Shown here piece after piece: positions 46,512 to 55,400 of a DNA stretch of 64,000 nucleotides (the stretch's first letter is position 1; every line of letters starts with the position of its first letter). This stretch comes from a virus, in IMG/VR virus record IMGVR_UViG_3300022935_000010, positions 1 to 64,000 of that record, one strand, 5' to 3'. The translations under genes and the position numbers were made by a program. The notes beneath the pieces are model-generated. The model did not search any database. It was not told where the DNA came from and worked only from the letters and a program-made list of their open reading frames with translations.

Positions 46512-49211
46512 ATGATACTAGTATTTAGAAAGGGCCTTGAATATAATGGGAGCATGAACGGCCTCCCAGAAAACCAAGACGAGAACATTTTCCCAATCAT
46601 GTCGGTTCCTCTTGATTTAGAGGGCGAAGAAACTGACCTTAATGATTTTCAATGGTGGGCATATTCTGACAAGTGGAATGAGTGGCTAAAAGATAACCCA
46701 AGAGAATGGAAAGCTGAATCTCATGACGTGAGGTTTGATAAGGCTGAGCAAATTTTAGAAGGTATAGTAACTGCTAAAAATCCTGTTACCGAATACGTTT
46801 CCCACCAGGCTAAGAGTTTATGGAAAAACGGTGAGGTTTCTTCCTTTTCTGATTATGTAAAAATGTTAGAAGCAGAAAGCACATCTGGATCTAGAGATGC
46901 TGCTAAGAAGTTTATTAAACTCGGGTATGCTTTAGAAAAACTTTCAAAAGAAGGAAAGCTTAAAGACGTCTTAAAGATGGAAGATCTCGAAGATGATAAG
47001 GAATATGCGGTTGTTGTCGATCCAATGACCGAGAGCGGTGACCCAGTTCAAGAGGCAAGACAGGCTTTGAGAATAAAGAAAATTGGGGATTCTGCCGGTA
47101 TCATTATAGCTGAGGTTGATTACAGCATCCCATTGGGTGAAGTAGAGGACACTAAGGATTTCATGGACAAGGTCGCAGAATTTGCTAAAGATGTAGCAAT
47201 TGGAGGTGCAGGTCTTGCGGCACTTTATGGTGTAGCTCAAGTAGCTGGGTCTCTGTTCTTAGGATGGCAACTTTTAAAAGGAGCACGTGGTATTTACCGT
47301 ACGCTCGGAAGGGCTAGAAGAATTCATAGCGCTGTTGCCGGTGCAAGAACTGCAGGAGCACCTGCTTGGAACACGGTTAGATCTTTTGCTACAAGAGCTT
47401 TTACAAGAAGAGCAGGGGCACAAGCAGTTGCAAATGCTGCTAGAATTACCTTACCTTCCGGTGCATTTGTTGAGGGCGGATTAGCTTACTCTACAAGAGC
47501 AACTGGAAATGTTCTTTTAAAAGGTGCAGCAGAAAAATCCGTTAAGTCAGCAGCACAAAGACTGGTAGCTCAAGGCGGAGCAAGAGCGGCAACAGCAGTA
47601 GCTGGTAGAGGAGCTGTAGCTGCTGGTGCAAGCTCAGCTGTAGCTGCTGAAGCTTCTAATCCAGTCGGATGGATTTTGCTAGCAGCTCAGGCAGTCGGTT
47701 CTGGAATTAATCAACTATGGAATTGGTATAGTGATAAACAAGCACCTAGGTACGGTGAAGTTGAGGACTTTGCATATGGAAGTTTTAATCCTAAAAATAT
47801 TCCTGTAGGAAAGGCAATAACCGTTTGCTGGACTAGCGACGGTGGTGCAGGATGGGGTGAATATATCCTGGATATCTTAACTATGTCTAAGGATGATACT
47901 AGAACAACTATGGAATTGGTCAAACTTGGTGAGTTTGATGATAGGTCAGTTTTTGTAATGCTTCAAGTAAACTCAGAAATGTTTGAAAAGGCTATGAAGG
48001 ATAACGACCTTATACTACTGTCTTTTGCTAACAATGATAAATTTGAAAGAGGAACATTTGATAATGATGATCTGGAATTCCAAACTATAGTTATTCCTGA
48101 TATTACTGAACTTACAATTGGTACATCCTTTGTTGGATACTCAACATGGACCGAAATGAAAGAGGCTTATAAAGAGAGCCCTGATAGCCCAATTTACGTA
48201 CCAAGCGGAGCAAGAAAGGATTATCAATTCCATTACACAGACAAGGACGGAAACGATGTAAATGTAACTGGAACCCTTGTAAATGAAAATGAGATAAGTG
48301 ACACAGTCCTACAGGATTTAGTTCCTGGTGCAGCTGGTGCTGTTGAGGAATCTGCTAGTCCCGGTCTAGATTATTCGCACCTGGTAAATGAAAGCAAGGT
48401 ATTATCATTCAACGACTTCTCAAATAGAGCTAATCCTATAATGGAAGAAGACGAAAACTCTCCAGAAGAAGATGGGAATACAGAAAATGCTGAGAGTACA
48501 GAATCCACTGAATCCACAGAAGGGAATACTTACGAGGAAGATTTGCTAACCTCTCTTTCTGCTGCATCTCCACTCGAGACAGAATATAGTCAAATACCAG
48601 TATTAGCATATAGAGTTAATAGAATAAGTTTTGTCGACCCAACTGTTAATGAAGATGTTGATCAGTTTAACTACTTTATAATCGGCGAGCAAAGTATGGA
48701 TCCTAAACCAAATCAGCCAATCCTGGTTGAATCCGCTTCGGAGGATGCTATTGAAGAACCTAGATTTGGATTGAAAACATACGTACCTCCAGTAGAGGAT
48801 GATGAAAAAAAGGATGATAAGGAAGATGAGATTGATGACCCTGAAGTAATTGATATCGAAGACGTCGATGAACCATCATCTAAAATGGTAAGAACACAAA
48901 GAGGCGATGTTCAAATAAAAAGCAAATCAGGATCCCTAACTATTAAAGATAGAGAAATGGAAGGTGGCATTAACATCTTTGATGAATTTGCAAACTCTAG
49001 CTTGAAGAAAAAACTTAATATCGATGATTGGAAAAACATAACTAGCGTAAAGGTTAGGTATGATAATGAGGGAGAACCTAAAAAGGTAATTTTGAAAAAC
49101 AGGTTTGCAAAAGTTGGTGATAGGAGAAGGGTTTTACAGAAAGGGGAGCAAGGATTTGAATCTGCTTTAAAATTTGCAGAGTCTGTAGAAGATGGTATAT
49201 CTTTCTCCTGA
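46512..49211 (+). CDS. Large virion-associated protein with Ala/Gly-rich hydrophobic segments (possible ejection protein)
   Basis: 899 aa; hydrophobic stretches VAIGGAGLAALYGVA.. and ASNPVGWILLAA; acidic remainder. Confidence 0.6.
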   Translation: MILVFRKGLEYNGSMNGLPENQDENIFPIMSVPLDLEGEETDLNDFQWWAYSDKWNEWLKDNPREWKAESHDVRFDKAEQILEGIVTAKNPVTEYVSHQAKSLWKNGEVSSFSDYVKMLEAESTSGSRDAAKKFIKLGYALEKLSKEGKLKDVLKMEDLEDDKEYAVVVDPMTESGDPVQEARQALRIKKIGDSAGIIIAEVDYSIPLGEVEDTKDFMDKVAEFAKDVAIGGAGLAALYGVAQVAGSLFLGWQLLKGARGIYRTLGRARRIHSAVAGARTAGAPAWNTVRSFATRAFTRRAGAQAVANAARITLPSGAFVEGGLAYSTRATGNVLLKGAAEKSVKSAAQRLVAQGGARAATAVAGRGAVAAGASSAVAAEASNPVGWILLAAQAVGSGINQLWNWYSDKQAPRYGEVEDFAYGSFNPKNIPVGKAITVCWTSDGGAGWGEYILDILTMSKDDTRTTMELVKLGEFDDRSVFVMLQVNSEMFEKAMKDNDLILLSFANNDKFERGTFDNDDLEFQTIVIPDITELTIGTSFVGYSTWTEMKEAYKESPDSPIYVPSGARKDYQFHYTDKDGNDVNVTGTLVNENEISDTVLQDLVPGAAGAVEESASPGLDYSHLVNESKVLSFNDFSNRANPIMEEDENSPEEDGNTENAESTESTESTEGNTYEEDLLTSLSAASPLETEYSQIPVLAYRVNRISFVDPTVNEDVDQFNYFIIGEQSMDPKPNQPILVESASEDAIEEPRFGLKTYVPPVEDDEKKDDKEDEIDDPEVIDIEDVDEPSSKMVRTQRGDVQIKSKSGSLTIKDREMEGGINIFDEFANSSLKKKLNIDDWKNITSVKVRYDNEGEPKKVILKNRFAKVGDRRRVLQKGEQGFESALKFAESVEDGISFS

Positions 49212-49245
49212 TAAAAAAACGTCAAATTTTCTGAAAAAGAAAATG

Positions 49246-49253
49246 GATATATA
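49246..49253 (+). promoter_or_regulatory. Putative late promoter GATATATA
   Basis: Exact octamer. Confidence 0.75.
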
Positions 49254-49279
49254 AAGTTAAATAATAGCAAAGTCAAGAA

Positions 49280-51295
49280 ATGAACGAGTCTTTATTGAAT
49301 GGGAACCTTCTCTTCATCCTTGAAAAGCAAGAAAATAATCTTGCAGTTTCAAAGGACGGTAACTCGGATGGTGGTGGTTATATACTCAAAGGTATTGCTG
49401 CTCAGTTTGGGAAAGAGAATAATAACAATAGAATATACGAGGAAGGTGAATACCTACCTCACCTTGAGTACCTAAAGGATAAGATAGGACAAAAGAGATT
49501 AGTTGGTGAATTAGATCACCCTGAAAAATTCGACGTATCTCTTAAAAACATTTCTCACGTTGTAGAAGATCTTGTTTATGACAAGGACGGAAGAGTATTA
49601 AACATTAAGGTTCGTTTGCTTGACACACCAGCTGGACAAATTGCTAAGAAATTAGTTGATGCTGGTATACCTCTTTCTATTTCTTCTAGAGCAGCTGGAA
49701 ATGTAGGTCCAGATAAGAAGGTACAGATCAAAAAGATCTTTACTTATGATTTGGTTGCAGATCCAGGTTTCCAAGACGCTCAACTCGAGAGAGTTTATGA
49801 AAGCGCTGGATTTGATGCTTTTGAATTTGAAGAAAGATCAAAAAAATCCGTTGTTAACAACTTAGAGTGTGTAAATGAGTCACTAGGTATAGAAAATGAA
49901 TCTGGGGTAAAGATATATAAAGTTGAAAATAGCGAAGAATTCGAAAAAATCCTTAATCAAGAAAAAAATAAATCCAACATTATGGAGGCCAACAAAGAAT
50001 ATGTTACTGCTGACGAGCTTAATAAGTATTCTATCTTTTTGAAAAATAAGATGGATGAGCTGGAAACGCAGATTTCTGAAATGAAACAACAAGAAGCTCA
50101 AGTTTCCGAGAGCGAAAGTGAATCTGTAGATTGCAAAGCTTTGGAGGAAAGAGTTGCTAAGCTAGAAAAGTACTCCGAGTATCTTGCTGAAAATCTAGAA
50201 AGTGCTATTAAGTACGGTGAGTATTTGTCAGAAAACCTAGATAGCAGCATTACGTATTCTAAGTACCTTGCTGAGAATCTAGACAAGACTATCTCTTATT
50301 CTAAGTATTTGGCCGAAAATGTTGATAAGGGTATTTCTTACACTGAATATGTAGCTGAGAATGTTGATAAGACTATCGACTATTCTAAGTATTTGGCAGA
50401 AAAACTAGATGATGGTATTCAATATACAGAATACGTGGCTGAAAATCTTGATAAGAATATCGCTTACTCTGAATACTTAGCAGAAAATGTTGATAAGAAC
50501 ATTGCTTACTCTGAGTATTTGGCAGAGAATCTAGATAAGGGTATTTCTTACTCTGAATATCTAGCAGAAAACTTAGATAAGGGAATAGCTTACTCTGAGT
50601 ACATTGCAGAAAAACTAGATCAAGGAATAAACTACACTGAGTACCTAGCAGAAAACCTAAATAAAGGTATTGCTTACTCAGATTATTTAGCTGAAAAGCT
50701 AAATGGAAATATAGCTAACACTGAAGCTATACACGAAAGCGTTAAAGCAGAAAACTCGCCAACACTTAACGAAAGTGCTAGGGAAAATGCTGAAAGCGCA
50801 TCTAAAACTGAATTGGTTGAATCAGGATTTGCTGGAGATTATGAAAATCTCGGAAGCAAGATTGATTCTCTAATTGAATCAGTCAAAACACAAAAGACTG
50901 AGGAAAATATAAATGAGGCACAAACGAAAGTTGAGCCGACTGCTCAAACACAAAAAGCAGATGAGGCAATCAACGAAGCCGAAGAAGAAACATTGGCAGG
51001 ATCATCAGGTCACAAATTTATTGATGAAATGCCAGAAGATTACTCTCCGATTTGGGAGTCACTAAATGAAAGTCAAAAGCAATCAGTAATTGCACAATCA
51101 GCTTTCTATAACTTAGAGACTGCTTATCAGATCAAGAACTTCTGGTCAACTCGTCAGCTTGGTGCTAAACCAGTAGGACTTCAGAAACTTCAAGAGAGCC
51201 AAGAAACACCAGAGCCTAAGACGGCTACTAACCCTCAGGGGTATTCAAACGATTACCTTAATTGGGTCGCTAAGTCGCTCGAAGGTAAGTTTTAA
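49280..51295 (+). CDS. Prohead protease (gp21-like) fused to scaffold/core domain
   Basis: NNNNRIY, GELDHP, LLDTPAG, ISSRAAG, TYDLVADPGF; coiled-coil repeat C-terminal half. Confidence 0.9.
   Translation: MNESLLNGNLLFILEKQENNLAVSKDGNSDGGGYILKGIAAQFGKENNNNRIYEEGEYLPHLEYLKDKIGQKRLVGELDHPEKFDVSLKNISHVVEDLVYDKDGRVLNIKVRLLDTPAGQIAKKLVDAGIPLSISSRAAGNVGPDKKVQIKKIFTYDLVADPGFQDAQLERVYESAGFDAFEFEERSKKSVVNNLECVNESLGIENESGVKIYKVENSEEFEKILNQEKNKSNIMEANKEYVTADELNKYSIFLKNKMDELETQISEMKQQEAQVSESESESVDCKALEERVAKLEKYSEYLAENLESAIKYGEYLSENLDSSITYSKYLAENLDKTISYSKYLAENVDKGISYTEYVAENVDKTIDYSKYLAEKLDDGIQYTEYVAENLDKNIAYSEYLAENVDKNIAYSEYLAENLDKGISYSEYLAENLDKGIAYSEYIAEKLDQGINYTEYLAENLNKGIAYSDYLAEKLNGNIANTEAIHESVKAENSPTLNESARENAESASKTELVESGFAGDYENLGSKIDSLIESVKTQKTEENINEAQTKVEPTAQTQKADEAINEAEEETLAGSSGHKFIDEMPEDYSPIWESLNESQKQSVIAQSAFYNLETAYQIKNFWSTRQLGAKPVGLQKLQESQETPEPKTATNPQGYSNDYLNWVAKSLEGKF
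49912..49919 (+). promoter_or_regulatory. Internal putative late promoter GATATATA
   Basis: Exact octamer within protease gene, 63 nt before in-frame ATG 49982 with A-rich leader. Confidence 0.6.
49982..51295 (+). CDS. Putative nested in-frame scaffold protein (MEANKEY...)
   Basis: Internal promoter, A-rich leader, in frame with protease. Confidence 0.5.
   Translation: MEANKEYVTADELNKYSIFLKNKMDELETQISEMKQQEAQVSESESESVDCKALEERVAKLEKYSEYLAENLESAIKYGEYLSENLDSSITYSKYLAENLDKTISYSKYLAENVDKGISYTEYVAENVDKTIDYSKYLAEKLDDGIQYTEYVAENLDKNIAYSEYLAENVDKNIAYSEYLAENLDKGISYSEYLAENLDKGIAYSEYIAEKLDQGINYTEYLAENLNKGIAYSDYLAEKLNGNIANTEAIHESVKAENSPTLNESARENAESASKTELVESGFAGDYENLGSKIDSLIESVKTQKTEENINEAQTKVEPTAQTQKADEAINEAEEETLAGSSGHKFIDEMPEDYSPIWESLNESQKQSVIAQSAFYNLETAYQIKNFWSTRQLGAKPVGLQKLQESQETPEPKTATNPQGYSNDYLNWVAKSLEGKF
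50171..50716 (+). repeat. 13 x 42-nt (14-aa) repeat YSEYLAENLDKGIx
   Basis: Directly visible, exact 42-nt period. Confidence 0.95.
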
Positions 51296-51321
51296 AAACT
51301 AAAAAAATAAAAGATAGTAAA

Positions 51322-53043
51322 ATGAAACTAATCAACGAAGCAGAAATCTTCGAAACCTGGTCTCCTATCATCGAGCAGAAGGCCGGTATTCAAGATGCTG
51401 AAAAAAAAGGATGGTTGAGCAAGTACTGCCACTACCATTCATTAAACGAGTCTGCTGGTGCATATCAGTCACTAGCAACTGTAAACGGTATGGGTGCCGT
51501 ACAACCACCCGCATACCCAGGTGGGTATAACTCCACTGGTTCTGCAGTAGGTACGCAAGCAAATTCTGCTTTCTATAACTCTGCTAACCAAGGTTCAGGT
51601 GATAAGTTTCCTTCACTTCTTCCATTGGCAATTCAGGTTGCTGCGAAGACTGTTGGATTCGATATCGTTCCTGTAATTCCTATGTCAGGTCCTACTGGCG
51701 TACTTTCTTACCTAGATTACGTATACTCAGGTGGTAAAATCAGTCCTGCATCTGCTGGCGCAACATCTGCTGAAGCTCTTGCAACTGCACCTTCTATGAT
51801 CAAGGTAGAATTGACAACCCCTGCAGCAGGTTATCCTGCTAACTTTGCAGTAGGTACTACTTACTACATCACTAACGCTTCTTCAGCTGGTGCATATATC
51901 ACTACTGAGTTTGTTGGTCTATCTAGAATCGATGCATTCCCAATCTTTAGAGTTATGGGATTAACTGCTGGTGAGACTATCTCTGCAGTTCTTGATGGTA
52001 ACGCAGCTAAAATTGGTACTGCAGTAGATGGAAACCAAGCTGGTACTACAACTGCGAGAGCAGAATTGGTTAAAGCTCTTGAGGATCACATCCAAGGATT
52101 CTCTGGTGCTGGTTTCAACAACGACCAAGACTGGCAAGGACCATTCGTAGATGGTACTAAGACTTACAACCCAATGCTAAGAGGTGTTGGTGAGAGCACT
52201 TACTACCAATCAATGGGTCTATCAACGTTCACTAAGTTCGTCGAAGCTGATACTTTCCAAGTAGCTGCTTCAGTAACTACTGAGCAGATCCAAGACCTTA
52301 ACAAGCAATTCGGTATCGACGTAATTTCTATGATCGAGAACGCATTGGTTAATGAGGTATCTCAAGCTATTAACAAGCACATCCTATCTAGAGCATTCGC
52401 TCTTGGTTGGTCTAACCACGACGAATTCTTGACTACAGAAGGTCAGAACTTGAACCTAAACCTCGTTATCGGTGGTACTGCTGGTTCTTACACTATTCCT
52501 TCTTACATAGGTAAGTCTGACTCTGGTATCTCTATCGCTTCTGTTGCAGGTCCTGCTTCAGGAACTTACGAGAACTTGTCAACTCTACAGAGAAGACTAT
52601 TCTCTAGAATTCTAGCATCTGCTAACGTGGTTGCTAACAGAGGAAGAAGAGGTCCTGCTAACTTCATCGTTACTAACGCTAACGTTGCAAGTGCATTGCA
52701 AGACATCTCTCAGTTCACTTTCGCACCTTTCTCTAACACTCTAACTCAGAACAACGGTACACTTTACCCAGTAGGTTCTCTTGCTGGTATGACCGTATAT
52801 GTTGATCAGAACATGAAGTTCGGTGATAACAGAGTATTAGTAGGTAGAAAAGGTGGTGACGACGAACCAGGACTTAAGTTCATGCCTTACATGATGGCTG
52901 AGTCTATCCAAACAATCTCTGAAGGTACTATGTCACCTAAGATTGCGGTTAAGTCTCGTTACGCACTAGTAGAAGCTGGTTTCCACCCAGAAACTATGTA
53001 CTTCTGTTTCCACGTGAACGTTCCTGCTGGAGGTCTATCCTAA
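51322..53043 (+). CDS. Major capsid protein (T4 gp23-like)
   Basis: WSPIIE, VPVIPMSGPTG, TTEQIQDL, RGRRGPANFIV, FMPY, KSRYAL; strongly biased codons. Confidence 0.93.
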   Translation: MKLINEAEIFETWSPIIEQKAGIQDAEKKGWLSKYCHYHSLNESAGAYQSLATVNGMGAVQPPAYPGGYNSTGSAVGTQANSAFYNSANQGSGDKFPSLLPLAIQVAAKTVGFDIVPVIPMSGPTGVLSYLDYVYSGGKISPASAGATSAEALATAPSMIKVELTTPAAGYPANFAVGTTYYITNASSAGAYITTEFVGLSRIDAFPIFRVMGLTAGETISAVLDGNAAKIGTAVDGNQAGTTTARAELVKALEDHIQGFSGAGFNNDQDWQGPFVDGTKTYNPMLRGVGESTYYQSMGLSTFTKFVEADTFQVAASVTTEQIQDLNKQFGIDVISMIENALVNEVSQAINKHILSRAFALGWSNHDEFLTTEGQNLNLNLVIGGTAGSYTIPSYIGKSDSGISIASVAGPASGTYENLSTLQRRLFSRILASANVVANRGRRGPANFIVTNANVASALQDISQFTFAPFSNTLTQNNGTLYPVGSLAGMTVYVDQNMKFGDNRVLVGRKGGDDEPGLKFMPYMMAESIQTISEGTMSPKIAVKSRYALVEAGFHPETMYFCFHVNVPAGGLS

Positions 53044-53068
53044 TCAGTAGTTAGTACACACTAATATT

Positions 53069-53098
53069 AAACCCCAGGTTTTTGCCTGGGGTTTTTTT
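53069..53098 (+). terminator. Intrinsic terminator after capsid gene
   Basis: AAACCCCAGG-loop-CCTGGGGTTT followed by T run. Confidence 0.9.
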
Positions 53099-53108
53099 AT
53101 TGTCCATG

Positions 53109-53116
53109 GATATATA
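53109..53116 (+). promoter_or_regulatory. Putative late promoter GATATATA
   Basis: Exact octamer. Confidence 0.75.
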
Positions 53117-53138
53117 GAATAAATGTGATGGTTGCATA

Positions 53139-54239
53139 ATGAGGAAAATAAGCTCACATAAACAGTTCCTTATTGAAAGGGATCTTTCGGTAGAAGTAGA
53201 TCAGGTGGTGTTAGCTGAAATGCTTCTGGACTATTATGGATTAAACGAGGGAAAGGCATTGGATACTCTTAAAAATTCGATTTCTAAAGCTTTATTTGGT
53301 CCTTTCTCCAGATTGTCTGTTATAGACACAATCAGGAAAGGAAATCTCGATATACAAAAGGAGATCATTAGAAAACAGTATGATGTGGAAGATGAAATCC
53401 TAGATCTGGAGGATAGGATAGAGGAGCTGAGAAAGAGCGGATCCTCTAGGAGCGATATTTCACGAATTCAAACACAGATTGAAAGAAAGAGAAAGGAATA
53501 TAGATCTTTTGTTAAAATGAAGAAGGAGCAGACCAATAAAGGGATGAAACTTCTTGAGAAAACAATAGGTAAAAATCCAAGAAGGAGAGAATATTACGAG
53601 GCTGGATTCTTAGACGATAAATACGAACTTGCAAAGTTTGAATTTGAACTTGCACAACAGAAATCTGCTGAAGCTGGAAATCTAAAAGATCTAAAGAAGG
53701 ATCTTGAAGACGCTGCTAAAAAAGCAGAATCCTTTGTAGTAAAGACAAAAAGCTCTGCACAAACTAAGGGGAAAATAAAAGACTCCGAACTTGAGGATGT
53801 ATCTGCTTTGAGAAAGAGAATCTCAGCAAATGATATGGGCGTTATAATATCTCTAAGAGAAAAGTCTAGGGATAGAATAAAGGAGCTTAAATCACAAATG
53901 TCCAAGATTCTTAGCGATATGAAGGGATTTATTTCAAAATCTCCTACATACGAGGAGGTTAAAGCTTCTGGAAAAATAACAAAGGGTATAAACGATCTCG
54001 AATCCAAAGCTAATGAGATGGATTCATTAGATAACCTTTCTAAGGTTTACTCTGATGTTATTTCTTCAAAGGGTAAATCTATTTCCAATGAATCATCATT
54101 GACTAGCTTATTTGGTAAGATTAACTCTGCTATTTCCGATGGAAATGATGCAGGATCTGGTGTTACTAAAGATGTTGTGGATATGAAATCGGACATCACA
54201 TTGAAAAAGATTGGAAATCTAATAAAAAAATTGTCCTAA
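53139..54239 (+). CDS. Coiled-coil protein, putative internal head protein
   Basis: Lys/Glu-rich helical; late promoter. Confidence 0.65.
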   Translation: MRKISSHKQFLIERDLSVEVDQVVLAEMLLDYYGLNEGKALDTLKNSISKALFGPFSRLSVIDTIRKGNLDIQKEIIRKQYDVEDEILDLEDRIEELRKSGSSRSDISRIQTQIERKRKEYRSFVKMKKEQTNKGMKLLEKTIGKNPRRREYYEAGFLDDKYELAKFEFELAQQKSAEAGNLKDLKKDLEDAAKKAESFVVKTKSSAQTKGKIKDSELEDVSALRKRISANDMGVIISLREKSRDRIKELKSQMSKILSDMKGFISKSPTYEEVKASGKITKGINDLESKANEMDSLDNLSKVYSDVISSKGKSISNESSLTSLFGKINSAISDGNDAGSGVTKDVVDMKSDITLKKIGNLIKKLS

Positions 54240-54241
54240 AG

Positions 54242-55135
54242 ATGCTTTTAAAATTTAAAGAGTGGGAATCACAAAACATAAATGAAGGGGATGTTAGCCT
54301 TGATAAGATTATGAATTGGCTTAGCTCTAATTTTGGTGGTACAATATCTAAAATAGATTCTTTGCTTTCCAAAATAAGTTCCATAGAAACCCAATATTCT
54401 AAAGACTGGAATGATATCCAGACTGATATAGATGCACTGGAGGTAAAGAAAGCTCAAACAAAGAGCGATCCTGCTGAAGCTAAGAAGCTGGAAAGAATGA
54501 TTGATAGGAATCAGAAATTGCTTACAGCTTTAAACAAGAAAAGAAAAGCGGACATAGCTAAGGTTGATGATAAAGTAGAAAAATTAACTAAAGGTAAAAC
54601 AAGACTTGTTTCTTATTGGAATTTAAAGAAGGCTGAATTGGAAGCAGATCTCGCCGAGAGTATGTACAAGATGGCTAAAGATCTTACTGACGAATCTGTT
54701 GCTGATGAATTGTACGACAAATACAAAGAGGCAGCACTTCAAGCGAAATCTAAAGATGAGAAGTTTAGGGAAAGGTTTGGTAAGTTGGAATTAGCTAAGC
54801 CCTCCACTCTTAAATCAGATACTGAGTCTAAGGCTATATCAGGTGCTAACTTTTCAATGGATCCTATCTTTTCAATGAACGCTCCCCAATTTACTAAATT
54901 CGTTCAGGATTTGGAAAAGAGTCAGGTAAGCGCATTAATCAAAGCCATGCAATCCGAAAGAAATGAAAGATATGCTACTTTAGATACCGAAAGAGATAGA
55001 CTTGAAGCTCAAGCTGAAAAGAAAGGTTTGTCTCGGGATAGTGTGAAGAGGGATCTTTCAGATCTACGTGAAACTCTAATGAGACAAATTAGGGATTTGA
55101 GAACTAAAATAACTATTGCTAGAAGATATGCTTAA
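54242..55135 (+). CDS. Coiled-coil protein, distant paralogue of previous ORF
   Basis: Similar FG...ID...DI..LE and ..R..Y...ELA..A segments. Confidence 0.65.
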   Translation: MLLKFKEWESQNINEGDVSLDKIMNWLSSNFGGTISKIDSLLSKISSIETQYSKDWNDIQTDIDALEVKKAQTKSDPAEAKKLERMIDRNQKLLTALNKKRKADIAKVDDKVEKLTKGKTRLVSYWNLKKAELEADLAESMYKMAKDLTDESVADELYDKYKEAALQAKSKDEKFRERFGKLELAKPSTLKSDTESKAISGANFSMDPIFSMNAPQFTKFVQDLEKSQVSALIKAMQSERNERYATLDTERDRLEAQAEKKGLSRDSVKRDLSDLRETLMRQIRDLRTKITIARRYA

Positions 55136-55397
55136 TCGTATTAAAAAACTAAATGAGTTTCCCTTATTGGAAGGTGTAAACGAGGATTTGGTAAAAGCAA
55201 AGGCTGATGTGAATGAAAAGCAAGCAGAAATTGCCGAAGAAATAGCAAAGCAGAAAGAAACCACAGATCTTAAGGAAAAAGCTGCTAGTATAAGAAACCA
55301 GGCTAGACTTGCTGGTCAGATGCCTTCTTTATTGAATGCGCTGGCAAATGCAATGGATGCAAAGGCTGATTCTGGTGACACAACAAATATTTATTAA
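55128..55397 (+). CDS. Small helical hypothetical protein
   Basis: MLNRIKKLNEF start at ATG 55128. Confidence 0.6.
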   Translation: MLNRIKKLNEFPLLEGVNEDLVKAKADVNEKQAEIAEEIAKQKETTDLKEKAASIRNQARLAGQMPSLLNALANAMDAKADSGDTTNIY

Positions 55398-55400
55398 AAG

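Noticed and set aside
50171-50716. CRISPR-like 42-nt periodicity
   Set aside because: In-frame protein repeat without spacers
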